Shown here: positions 52,445 through 62,970 of the stretch, in pieces
How positions within the stretch are numbered: the first letter of the stretch is position 1
Layout: every line of letters starts with the position of its first letter
NCBI GenBank assembly: GCA_963666215.2
Contig: CAXWPL010000001.1
Span: forward strand, 448,001 to 512,000
DNA length: 64,000 nt
Source of the DNA: Acidobacteriota bacterium
Lineage (GTDB): Bacteria > Acidobacteriota > UBA890 > WLXD01
Direction of reading: 5' to 3'
Notes under the pieces: model-generated
What the model was told of the DNA's origin: nothing
Seen by the model: the letters and a program-made list of their open reading frames with translations, nothing else
The model's database searches: none
Translations under genes and position numbers: made by a program

Positions 52445-55174
52445 ATGGACGTCGGCTCGCAGCTCGCTCACTACACGATTCGTGCCAAGCTCGGTGAGGG
52501 CGGCATGGGGCAGGTGTTCCGTGCCGAAGATAGCCGCCTCAAGCGCGACGTAGCCATCAAGGTGCTGCCGCCGTCGATGGCCGACGACTCCGAGCGCATG
52601 CTGCGGCTCGAGCGCGAGGCGCAGCTGCTGGCGCAGCTCGAGCATCCCAACATCGCCGCCATCCACGGACTCGAAGAGGCCGACGGGGTGCGGTTCCTGG
52701 TGATGCAGCTGGTGGAGGGACAGGACCTTGACGTTCGCCTCGACGCCGGAGCGATACCCGTAACGGAAGCGCTGCAGATCGCCCTGCAGATCGCCCGCGC
52801 TCTGGAGTCGGCCCACGACAAGGGCGTGATCCATCGCGACCTCAAGCCCGCCAACGTGATGGTTGACGACGAGGGCGTGGTGACACTGCTCGACTTCGGC
52901 CTCGCGAAGGCGTTCTCGGGCGACAGCTCGGCATCCGTCTCGGGATTGACAGCCTCGCCGACGAGGCTCGAGGCTACGCAAGCCGGAATGATTCTCGGCA
53001 CGGCCGGCTACATGAGCCCCGAGCAGGCACGCGGCCGCCATGTCGACCGGCGTACCGACATCTGGGCGTTCGGCTGCGTGCTCTACGAAATGCTCACCGC
53101 CCAGCGGATTTTCATGGGCGAGACTGCCACCGACGTGCTCGGCGCGATCGTTCACCGCGATCCGGACTGGGATCTGCTGCCGGCCGAGACGCCGCGCCGC
53201 ATTCGCGCGCTGCTGCACCGCTGCCTGCGGAAGGACAAGGATCGGCGTATTCAGGCAATCGGCGACGCTCGAGTGTCGCTCGAGGAGTACCTCGAGGATC
53301 CGGAAGCGGCCGAGGCCATCCTCGACGCCGGCGCGCCACCGCAAGCCGCGTGGCTGCGCTGGGCGCCATGGGCGGCGGCGGCGGTTCTCGGCGTTGGACT
53401 GATCGCCAGCCTGTTGGCAAGTGACGACCCTGTCGAGCAGCCGACGCTGCGCATGGAGCTGGCGATCGGTGTTACCGAGGAACTGCGTAACGTCTCGCTG
53501 GGCTCGAGCCTCGAGGTTTCACCCGCCGGCGATCAGGTGGTCATCATCACCAGCACCGGGCAGGGCACCGAGAACCTGAAGCTTCGGAAGCTCGAGACCA
53601 CCGAGGTCGTCGAATTGGCGGCTGGCGGAGCCTACAACCCGTTCTTTTCACCGGACGGTGCCTGGATCGGATTCGCCACGCCGAACGCATTGAACAAGGT
53701 ACCCGCCACCGGAGGCACGCCACTCGAGATCGCCGAAGTAAGCCGCAGCCGCGGAGCCACGTGGTTGCCCGACGGGCAGGTCGTGTATGCGCCGTCGCCG
53801 GATTCTGGCCTGATGATGGTGAGCGCCGACGGCGGCGAGTCTACCGCCGTCACCACGCTCGACGAGTCGACGGGCGAAGCGACACACCGCTGGCCAAGTG
53901 CCATGCCCGGAGGTCGAAGGATCCTGTACACCGCGCACACTGCGATCGTCGGGGCTTTCGAAGCAGCCACCCTGCAAGTGGTCGATCTCGATACTGGCGA
54001 GCAGACTGTTGTTTACCGTGGCGGCTACTACGGCAACTATGTCGAGTCGGGCCACCTGCTGTTCGTCAACGCCGGGACGCTGTTCGCGGTGCCCTTCGAC
54101 CCAGACAGCCTCGAAACCATCAGTAGCGCCGTGCCGGTGGCAGAGAACCTCGCCGACGATCCAAGCAATGGTGGGGCCCAGTACTCGGTCTCCGGCAACG
54201 GCACGCTCCTCTTCCGGCGGGGCTCGTCCGGCCCCGAGCAATATCCCGCCGTCTGGCTCGATCGCGACAACGCGATCTCGCAGCTGCTGCTGGAGCCCAG
54301 GTCGTACGTCGAAAGCCGGGTGTCGCCCGACGGCCGATTCCTCAACATGACCGAGCTCACCGGCGACAATTGGGACGTCTGAGTCTACGACCTGAACCGC
54401 GGCACCCGCACCCGGCTCACGTTCAGCGAGGGCATCGAGGGCCCCGCGGTGTGGTCGCCGGATGGCAGCGAGTTGATCTACTCCTCCGACGAGGACGGCT
54501 CCGACGACCTGTATCGCAAGGCAGCCGACGGCTCCGGCGATGCCGTGCAGATCACCCACCACGACTTCCCGATCTACGTCAGCGACTGGTCGGCCGACGG
54601 CAGGTACGTGCTCGCCACGCGGATCGGACAGGCCGACGAAGAGGCTGGCTGGGAGGGCGGCGCCGAGATCGGCGTCATCGATCTCGAGGAGGGCGACGGC
54701 ACGCTCCGGCCGTTCCTGACGACGACCTTTGACGAGCTCGAAGCCGCCTTCTCTCCTGACGGACGTTGGGTTGCCTACCAGTCCAACGAGAGCGGCCAAA
54801 ACGAGATCTACGTACGCCCATTCACCTCCAGCGGCCGCTGGCAGGTTTCCGACGACGGCGGCAGCTACGCGCGCTTCTCGGCCGACGGAAGCGAGCTCTT
54901 CTATCGCACGAACGACGGCGTCGGCGGCGTTGACGTTGAGACCAGCGGCGACAGCTTTACGCCTTCACGGCCGCGACTGGTCGCCTCAGGCGACTTCAAG
55001 GGCGGCGTCGGTGGCATCGCCGTTGGGGGCAACACGTTCGCCGACTACGACGTGGCGCCCGATGGTCGCTTCGTGATGTTCCCCAGCGCCGGCTCCGAGG
55101 AGCCGAACATCCAGCTCGCAAATATCGTCGTCAACTGGTTCGGCGAGCTCCAGCGAGTCGCCCCGCGACGCTAG
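52445..55174 (+). pseudogene. Ser/Thr kinase with TolB propeller, in-frame TGA at 54380-54382
   Basis: Kinase motifs; ORFs 52358 and 54449 share a frame; context DV*VYDL, where Trp is expected. Confidence 0.9.
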
Positions 55175-55212
55175 CTTTTCGGAGGTTGTGCCTTCGAGCG
55201 GAGGGGCGAACG

Positions 55213-55870
55213 GTGGACAAAGACTTCAAGGTGTTCGGCGTCGGCGTAACCAAGACTGGCACGACTACACTCGGCGCTTGTTTCGAGATCCTCCAAATCA
55301 CGCCACACGCTACCTTCAACCGGGAATTGCGGGCGGTTCTCCGCCGCGGTGGCGATCGTGAGGTGATCTTCGCGGAGGCCGATCGGTACCGCGGCTTCGA
55401 GGACGCCCCTTGGTTCGAACTGTTTGCCGAGCTCGACGAGCGCTTTCCCCGCAGCAAGTTCATTCTGACGACTCGCCTGGACAGCACGACACGTGCGCTG
55501 AGCGTGTGAAATTGGCAGGTCAGGAGAGGTCGCATGCGCGGCGCGCCCTCCCGAGTATCTCGAGCGCAAGAAGCGAGAGTACGAGTCACACAACGCTGCG
55601 GTGCAGGAACACTTCCGGAATCGGCCCAATGACCTACTGGAAATGTGCTGGGAGAGGGGCGACGGCTGGCGGTGCTTGTGTGATTTTCTTGACGTTCCGA
55701 TACCGGACGTCCCTTTTCCGCACAAGAACAAGGGACAGTATCGGGCTCCGGCCGTGATGAAAGCCGCGAGTGGCTCCTGGATGCACATGCGTCTGCTACG
55801 GGTGCGGGAATGGCTGCGGCAAGCCACGCGAAAACTCCGACGGTCGCGGGCCTCTCGCCAACCCCTCTAG
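55213..55870 (+). pseudogene. P-loop sulfotransferase-family protein with a stop at 55507 and a frameshift
   Basis: KVFGVGVTKTGTTTL, FEDAPW, FPRSKFILT.R, HNAAV..HF, GDGW..LC.FL..P.P..PFPH.N. Confidence 0.8.
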
Positions 55871-56005
55871 CAAGATCGACGACCACCGTGGCCGACATAA
55901 CGTCGCCCATCCGTCGACGCCTTCGGCGCGATCTTGTAGGGTACGGGCGGCCGCGAAACGTCAACCATCCCAACGTCAACCCATCGAGTCCGCCGGAGAG
56001 ATTTC

Positions 56006-57682
56006 ATGCGTCGTGACCGCCAGTTCCGTTCTTGTCGAACGCTCGCCATCGCCCTCTTGGCCGCCCTTTTGAGCTTCTCGGTCGCCAGCACGAATGCATC
56101 CGCCCAGGACGGACCCTCGGCTGCGGCACTCAAAGAAGAAGCCCGCGAGATCGTCGGCTCGATGAGCAAGCTGTCGCAGGTGATGGTCGATTCGATCTTC
56201 TCGTTCGGCGAGCTCGGATTTCAGGAGCACGAAACGGTGAAGTACATCACCGGTATCCTGCGAGACGAGGGCTTCGAGGTGCAGATGGGCTGCGCCGGCA
56301 TGCCCACCTGCTACGTCGCGACGTGGGGGTCGGGGCATCCGGTGATCGGCTTCATGGGCGACATCGACGGGCTCCCTGAGACTTCGCAAAAGCCGGGCGT
56401 TGCCTACCAGGACCCGTTGATCCCGGGCGGTCCGGGGCACGGCGAGGGGCACAACAGCGCCGCCGCCGTCGACATCATTGGCGCCATCGCCACCAAGCGA
56501 GTGATGGAGGAGCACGGCCTGCAGGGAACGCTCAAGGTCATTCCCGGAGTCGCCGAGGAACTGGTGGCGTCGCGCACATTTATGGTCAACGCCGGGCTGT
56601 TCGAGGGTATGGACATCATGCTGTCGACGCACATCAGTCCCATCCTCGGAACGGCATGGGGCATCTCGGGCTCCGGACTTGTCTCGACCGAGTTCACGTT
56701 CCACGGCCGCTCCGCGCACGGCGCGGGCTCACCCTGGGACGGACGCAGCGCGCTCGACGCGGTGGAGCTGATGAACGCCGGCTGGAACGCGCGTCGCGAG
56801 CATCTGCGTCTGCAACAGCGTTCGCACTACATCATCTCGAACGGTGGCAACCAGCCGAACGTCGTGCCCTCTGAAGCGTCGGTTTGGTACTACTATCGCG
56901 AGCTCGACTACGACCGCATCAAAGAGCTCCACGAGCTCGGGCAAACCATGGCCAAAGCGGCCGCGATGATGACCAGCACGGAGGTCACCGAGCGCGTATT
57001 CGGCGCGGCCTGGCCCTCGAACATGAGCAAGCCTCTCGCCGAGCTGATGCACGCCAACATTCTCGAAGTGGGCATGCCCGAGTGGACAGAAGCCGACCAG
57101 GCGCTCGCGCGCGCCGTTCAGGAAGATCGCGGTGTGCTCGGCACCAAGGGCGGCTGGTTCGACATCGAGATCAACGGGCTGCCCACGGAGCTGCTGAGCG
57201 AGGAGTTGAGCGAGTCGGAACAGGGCATGGGCGGTGGCAGTGACGACATCGCCGAAGTCTCGTGGAACATGCCGACCGTGCGCCTCTACTACCCCGGTGC
57301 CATCCCCGGCGCCACCGGACATCACTGGTCGTCGAGCATCTCGGCGGCGACACCCATCGCCCACCAGGGGGCCAACTACGGCGCCCGCGTGATCGCCATG
57401 ACCGCGATCGATCTCATCGCCAACCCGGACAAAGTCGAAGAGGCGTGGACCTACCACCGCGAGGTCGTCACAAAAGACCAGCAGTGGGAGTCGCTCATCC
57501 CCCTCGACACACCGCCACCGACCCACCTCAATGCCGAGAAGATGGCGCGCTACCGCCCGCTGCTCGACGAGCTGCGCTACGACCCCGAGCGTTTCGATAC
57601 CTATCTGGAACAGCTGGGTATCGAGTATCCGACGGTCCGCAAGCCGGATCCTGATCCAGACGCGGGCGAAGGCCAGGGCTAG
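56006..57682 (+). CDS. M20 amidohydrolase (AbgB-like), exported
   Basis: ELGFQEHET, GHGEGHN, GVAEE, GRSALDAVELMN, QPNVVP, GSDDI.EVSW. Confidence 0.9.
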   Translation: MRRDRQFRSCRTLAIALLAALLSFSVASTNASAQDGPSAAALKEEAREIVGSMSKLSQVMVDSIFSFGELGFQEHETVKYITGILRDEGFEVQMGCAGMPTCYVATWGSGHPVIGFMGDIDGLPETSQKPGVAYQDPLIPGGPGHGEGHNSAAAVDIIGAIATKRVMEEHGLQGTLKVIPGVAEELVASRTFMVNAGLFEGMDIMLSTHISPILGTAWGISGSGLVSTEFTFHGRSAHGAGSPWDGRSALDAVELMNAGWNARREHLRLQQRSHYIISNGGNQPNVVPSEASVWYYYRELDYDRIKELHELGQTMAKAAAMMTSTEVTERVFGAAWPSNMSKPLAELMHANILEVGMPEWTEADQALARAVQEDRGVLGTKGGWFDIEINGLPTELLSEELSESEQGMGGGSDDIAEVSWNMPTVRLYYPGAIPGATGHHWSSSISAATPIAHQGANYGARVIAMTAIDLIANPDKVEEAWTYHREVVTKDQQWESLIPLDTPPPTHLNAEKMARYRPLLDELRYDPERFDTYLEQLGIEYPTVRKPDPDPDAGEGQG

Positions 57683-57715
57683 CGCTCCAACGAATCCTCG
57701 AAAAGGAAGAATTCC

Positions 57716-59170
57716 ATGAAGCGTCCCGCTGCTTTTCTGCTCGCTGCCGCGCTCCTCTTGCCCTCGCTTGCCGTTGCCCAGCAAGAAGAGCGCTACGACT
57801 ACTGGCGGTTCCAGCGTGACATGATCCGCTACGGCCAGCAGGCGATTCTGATGTGCAACGGGCTCTTTACGGGGAACCGAACGGTCGAGCAGGTGTTTGC
57901 GCAGGAGCTCGCCTTTTTTACCAATCCCGGCCCCGTGGGAACACCGCGTGGCGGCGACTACGAGATCGATCGCGAGCGCAAGGCGGTATCGATAGGTACG
58001 GCCGGCGGAACGCCTGTGATGCGTGCGGCCTTCCGCGAGGGCGTCGGCTGCGTGATCCTGGCACCCGATCAGACCCTCGAGGATATCGACAGCCTGCCCG
58101 AGCTCAACGTGCCGCCGGCGCCGGGCAACGCCGCCACGATCGCGTGGCCCGACGGCGATCTGGTTGAAGAACGGCCGCTGCCCTCGTACATCGACCCGGC
58201 GGCGCTGGCGGCAGCCTCGGACTGGGCGTTCGATCGCGAGTCGCCCGAGCAGGTCACGCTCAGCATGATGGTCGTCCACAACGGCCGGATCATCCACGAG
58301 CGGTACGCCCCCGGCGTCGACATGACAACGAAGACGCGCACCTGGTCGACCGCCAAGAGCATCGCTGTCACGTTGATCGGCATGCTGGTCGACGAGGGGC
58401 GCATGGAGCTCGATGCTCCTCTTGGGTTCGAGTGGTTGCCGCAGGCGCCGTCGCCGCAAGCCGACCCGCGCAACGCCATCACACTCCGGCACGTCCTCAA
58501 CATGTCGAGCGGCCTCTACACGGTGGACAACGCTCGGTTGGAGTACGCCACGGGATCCGGCATGTCGTACTGGGCCGGCGCCAGCTCGATCGTCGGCGCC
58601 CGCAGCCGCGCGCTCATCCGCGAGCCGGGCACGAACTGGGACTATGAGAACTACGACACCCTGCTGGCGGTGTACGCCATGAAGCTGGCGATTGGCGACG
58701 ACCAGGAGTACATGCAATTCCCGCGCGCGGCGCTGCTCGAAAAGATCGGCATGCGCAGCACGCTGCTGAGCGTCGACCGCTTCGGCGACTTCATTCTGAG
58801 CAGCCAGGTCTACACCAACGCCCGCGACCTCGCCCGATTCGGCCTTCTCTACCTCAACGGAGGTGTCTGGAACGGCGAAAGGCTCCTTTCGGAGGATTGG
58901 ATCGACTTCGCCCGCACCCCGGCGCCGTCGACCGCCGAGCGCGGCAACTTCTATGGCGGCCAGTGGTGGCTCGTCCCCGACGATCGTACAGACGTCCCGA
59001 AGGACGCCTACTCCACCGCCGGTAACCGCGGCCAGTTCGCCATCGTCGTGCCGTCGCACAACCTGGTAATCGTCCGCCGTGGCCTCGACTACGGCCGTCA
59101 GGGCTTCGATCGCTGGGGACTGACGCGCGAGGTTGTCAAGGCATTCGGCGCCGAGACCACGGACCGCTAG
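57716..59170 (+). CDS. Serine hydrolase, beta-lactamase class C family
   Basis: SxxK (STAKS), YEN, ARDLARFG.LYL, GNRGQ. Confidence 0.9.
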   Translation: MKRPAAFLLAAALLLPSLAVAQQEERYDYWRFQRDMIRYGQQAILMCNGLFTGNRTVEQVFAQELAFFTNPGPVGTPRGGDYEIDRERKAVSIGTAGGTPVMRAAFREGVGCVILAPDQTLEDIDSLPELNVPPAPGNAATIAWPDGDLVEERPLPSYIDPAALAAASDWAFDRESPEQVTLSMMVVHNGRIIHERYAPGVDMTTKTRTWSTAKSIAVTLIGMLVDEGRMELDAPLGFEWLPQAPSPQADPRNAITLRHVLNMSSGLYTVDNARLEYATGSGMSYWAGASSIVGARSRALIREPGTNWDYENYDTLLAVYAMKLAIGDDQEYMQFPRAALLEKIGMRSTLLSVDRFGDFILSSQVYTNARDLARFGLLYLNGGVWNGERLLSEDWIDFARTPAPSTAERGNFYGGQWWLVPDDRTDVPKDAYSTAGNRGQFAIVVPSHNLVIVRRGLDYGRQGFDRWGLTREVVKAFGAETTDR

Positions 59171-59186
59171 CCTCTCGTCCGTACTG

Positions 59187-59325
59187 TCACTTGTCGGTTG
59201 GCACAAGCCGCTTCAGCTCTTCGAACCCGTTTGAGCACAACCACCAGGTGGGTCGGTCTGCTGGCCGCCGACGTCTGCCCGCTTGACCAGGAGAAGGCGC
59301 CCGGTCCGCGGATCTACGTCGTCTC
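59187..59325 (-). pseudogene. Shard of a kinase-TolB C-terminus
   Basis: DVDPRTGRLLLVK..VVL..FEELKRLVPTDK* (degenerate). Confidence 0.6.
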
Positions 59326-59595
59326 AATCTGCCGGCCGGCTCCGCCACGTACTGGATCGAGCGCGTCCCCGCCAACTAGCCGGCCTTCTTGACATACTCG
59401 ACCCGGCGCCAGCCTCGCCGTCAGGAGGGCCTGTGTGTCGAAGCCGGGCGACACGGCCAGCAATTGCACCAGACGCTGTTCTGCCGGGAGAGAGGCCGCA
59501 CACGCTAGAATCTTCCCGTGGCATCCCATGGGAAGGACCATCCGTTGACCAGCCGGGCGGCGAAGAGCCCTCGAGTGTCGAACGGGCATCGACCC

Positions 59596-60265
59596 ATGAG
59601 CGATTCTGACCCGCGTAGCGAGATTCTCGAGCGCGTCGCCGAACTCGGCGGGCTTCGCCCTGGCGTCGCTCGAGACATCGCGCGCGAGACGGGAGTGCCC
59701 GAAGCGCATGTCTACGGCGCCGCGAGCTTCTTTCACCTGCTCGATCGGCCCGACATCAAGCTCCGCGTTTGTACGGGTCTGACCTGTCAGATGGCGGGGG
59801 CCCCGCGGGTTGCTCGACCGCGCCGTCGAAGCGGGGATGCCGGCTGAGGGCTGCTCGTGGTTGGCGGCGTGCGATCGGCCGCCCGCCGTGTTGCGCGACC
59901 GCACGCCACTCGTCGAGGTCACGCCGGCCGACCTGGACCGAGCCGGCGGTCACTGGAGCCGGCTGCAGTCGGCTGCCGTCCCCGACGAGAGCTGGCTCGG
60001 CCACGTCAGTCCCGATCATCTTCAGACAGATCTGTCCCTCTCAGACCTGCCCCCGGAAGCTCTGCCCGAAGCTCCGCCCAAGGCTCTTCCCGAAACGCGC
60101 CTGGCAATGAACCTGCTGGCGCCGCCCGAGTTCGCCGGTGCGGCGTCACGGCTTGCCGGCGACCTCGGCGCCGGGGAGGTGATCGCGCGCATCGAGGCGT
60201 CGGGGCTCCAGGGTCGCGGCGGCGCGGGCTTCCCGGCGGGCTTCAAGTGGAAGGCCGTGCGGGCT
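59596..60265 (+). pseudogene. NuoE/NuoF-like (diaphorase) fusion, 5' fragment, frameshifted
   Basis: IARETGVPEAHVYGAASFF, RVCTGLTC, then SGLQGRGGAGFPAGFKW; breaks off afterwards. Confidence 0.8.
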
Positions 60266-60319
60266 GTGCGGTCGGCGTGGTGCTCGTCGGCGTGTCGTGT
60301 TTACCATGCCTGGCTGCTC

Positions 60320-61527
60320 TTCCAGACCCCAAACGCAAGAAGCGCGCGGTTGGCCTAAGTGTAATTGCCAATCTATCAATACTTGGCGTCTTTAAGTACT
60401 TCGACTTCTTCGTTGGAACGCTGGAGTCGGCGCTTTCGTCATCCGGAATCGACGCAACTCTCCTTCATCTCGATATCGTGTTGCCAGTCGGAATCTCGTT
60501 CTACACGTTTCAAACGATGAGCTACGCCGTCGACCTGTATCGAGACAAGGTCGACGCGTGCGACGACTTTGTGGATTTCGGCTTGTATGTCGCGTACTTC
60601 CCACAGCTGGTCACCGGTCCGATAGAGCGAGCCAGCCGGCTTCTTCCAGCCCTCCGGAAGGCGCGAACGTTCGACATTGATCAGTTTTCTCGTGGCATAG
60701 GTCTCATTCTGAGCGGCCTGGTCAAGAAGGTCGACGTCGCAGATGGGGTTGCCGCCCTTGTTAGCGACGTTTTCTCGCACGAACACCCCAGCGGGGTCGA
60801 AGTTGCTGTTGGACTGGTTTGTTTTGCTGTGCAGATCTACGGCGACTTCTCGGGATATTCTGACATAGTGAGGGGAGTGTCGAAGCTGCTCGGCATCGAG
60901 CTGATGACGAATTTCCGTCAGCCTTACTTCTCACCGAATCCCTCAGAGTTCTGGCGCCGATGGCACATCAGCCTGTCGAGCTGGCTCCGAGACTACCTCT
61001 ACATTCCGCTCGGCGGAAATCGAAACGGGCCCAGGAACACCTACCGAAACCTGATGCTCACCATGTTACTTGGGGGGCTGTGGCACGGAGCCGCATGGAA
61101 CTTCGTTCTATGGGGGGCTTTTCAGGGCGGGCTGCTCGGCATTCACCGGTGGTTAGTAGGTGCCGCTCCGGAGTCTCGACCGAACAATCGTTGGGCGTCT
61201 CCGCTCAAAATGCTCCTCTTCTTTGCGGTCACGTGCTATGGCTGGCTGCTTTTCCGGGCGCGGTCCTTCGAACAGATTGCCAGCATGACTTCCGCTCTTT
61301 TCGATACAACGAGCCTAGCTTTTCGGCTTGGCACTCCGCGATTGGGCGCCGTCGTCGGGATTCTCACGTTAGTGCCGCTTGAAATCGCCCAGTTCCGAAG
61401 CGACGAAGCCGCCGTCTATTGGCGTTGGCCAACATTTGCGCGCGGCGCGTTTTTCGCAGCGCTGATTGTCGCCCTTCTTCTCGGATTGGATAATGCCCCG
61501 GAAACGTTTATCTACTTCCAGTTCTAG
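60320..61527 (+). pseudogene. MBOAT O-acyltransferase (AlgI/DltB-like), N-terminus missing
   Basis: FKYFDFF, LPVGISFYTFQ, FPQLVTGPIER, DFSGYSD, FWRRWHISLS.WLRDYLYIPLGG, GLWHGA, FIYFQF. Confidence 0.9.
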
Positions 61528-61884
61528 ATCACCTGGGTCCGATGGCCCCGCGTTTTGGCGTGGACTCTGACGTTTCTGTTCATCGCGGATTTCGCGATCG
61601 GCAGGATGGTTGGAGTTCAACCGGGGACGCCTCCGGGATTCTTTTCTGCGTACTTCGAGCGCGGGCGCTCGGTGGAATCCCGACTCCGCGACAACATCGG
61701 GCCAGACGGAGGGGCCTTCGATCTCATCTATACGATCGGGTGGGTTCATTGGAGACCATTGCGAGCAGCCGCTTGGGGGATGTCACAGGCTCTGTCATGG
61801 CGCCAGAGTCCCCGACATCTGGAGCGACGGGGACCTTACACACGTGCCGCTGCTCGTCAAGCTGCCGAGACAGGCGGTAGTGTC

Positions 61885-62769
61885 TCAGTTTGATTTACTT
61901 TTCCTCGGCCCCTTCGGACCCGGCTTCTTCGGCATCGGTGCGGATGCGTCCACCAGACCCACGATCCACTCAGCGTCACGCACCGTCTTGCTCACACCAG
62001 ACTCCATAGCCGGCGTGACCCTAAGCGTCTTGTGGATGCGGCAGAAGTTGTACCAGACCGTGTACAGCGCAACCATGTGCACGTGATTCTCGATCTTCTT
62101 GGAGAAGGCGTTGGTGAGCCGCGTGAACCGCCGCATGTGCATCCTCATCGAGAGATTGTGGCGCTCGACGTAGGACGTACTGATATGTGCCTCGTCCGGG
62201 TCTCCCTGCACTCGTAGCCGCTGGCTTCCCTGGCACTTGGCGGGGCTGTAGCGGCGCTGCGGCTCCGGGTCCGGGCCATAGACCTTCTGTAACATCGCGT
62301 AGTCGATCTCGTGTGCGAACGCATCTTCGACCGCTTCCAGGTACATCCTGTGCCCGTCGGTCGTTAGCTGGATGCGGTTGCTCAGCCGTCCTGCGAGGTC
62401 CTGCATGAACTCGGTAGCCGTACCGACATCGCGTGGGCCAACCCGCCACGATGCGATGAGCTTCGTATCCGCACAGATCCCCGTGAACGTCCACACGTCG
62501 CCGTAGCCAAACTGCCCACGCTTGTCCTCGGGCACGTTCTTGGCTTTCGAGTAGCAGAACGCCCAGATCTCGTCGGCCTGCACTCGCTTGCACGGTAGAT
62601 CTCGCACATGCTCATCGTGATACGACGCGCAAGCGTTGCCAGCGTCCACCAGCAGCTTCGAGATGGTGTTGATCGACACACCGGTGATGCGAGTTATGGC
62701 TCGAAGCGAAAGGCCTTCGCATAGCAGGTCTAGAATCTGCGCTCGGGTTTGTGTCGGTAGCTTATTCAT
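61885..62769 (-). CDS. IS1-family DDE transposase with an N-terminal HTH
   Basis: VQADEIW, GDVWTF, QLTTDG, STSYVERHNLSMR..RRFTRLTNAFSKK; stop lies inside the TIR. Confidence 0.95.
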   Translation of the reverse strand: MNKLPTQTRAQILDLLCEGLSLRAITRITGVSINTISKLLVDAGNACASYHDEHVRDLPCKRVQADEIWAFCYSKAKNVPEDKRGQFGYGDVWTFTGICADTKLIASWRVGPRDVGTATEFMQDLAGRLSNRIQLTTDGHRMYLEAVEDAFAHEIDYAMLQKVYGPDPEPQRRYSPAKCQGSQRLRVQGDPDEAHISTSYVERHNLSMRMHMRRFTRLTNAFSKKIENHVHMVALYTVWYNFCRIHKTLRVTPAMESGVSKTVRDAEWIVGLVDASAPMPKKPGPKGPRKSKSN

Positions 62770-62775
62770 ACCATC

Positions 62776-62804
62776 ATTATATGAATTTTTATGCTTACCG
62801 TCAA
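62776..62804 (-). promoter_or_regulatory. Near-consensus sigma70 promoter of the transposase (predicted leaderless)
   Basis: TTGACG-N17-TATAAT-N6-ATG. Confidence 0.75.
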
Positions 62805-62869
62805 GAATGAATGGTCAGATAATTGAATCCCGGTTGCTTGCCGTGGCGGTCCTCGTGGTACAATAGGCC

Positions 62870-62968
62870 AATAGCCGATGTAGAAATGCATCGTTTCTCC
62901 TGTTTAGCTGACGGTGAGAACATGGCTTGGGGTCGGGCGCGGATGCAACCGCGGCCCGGCCCGTTTTC
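62870..62968 (+). ncRNA. Putative structured small RNA inside the IS1 element
   Basis: Extended -10 TGgTACAAT (62856-62864); hairpins at 62876-62893 (GAAA loop) and 62895-62920; terminator-like stem 62930-62962 followed by TTTT. Confidence 0.5.
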
Positions 62969-62970
62969 GG

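Noticed and set aside
1956-59206. Long antisense ORFs (e.g. 1956-3023, 6464-8737, 27184-28227, 44924-47062, 47378-48523, 56729-59206)
   Set aside because: Shadow frames of well-supported opposite-strand genes in high-GC DNA; no motifs of their own.
60056-60095. 12-bp tandem repeat GAAGCTCTGCCC-like (3 copies)
   Set aside because: Encodes a low-complexity EALP/EAPP/KALP linker; too short to be an element.
59857-60320. N-terminal part of the 556-aa ORF as a real MBOAT extension
   Set aside because: It is an alternative frame of the NuoEF-like fragment.
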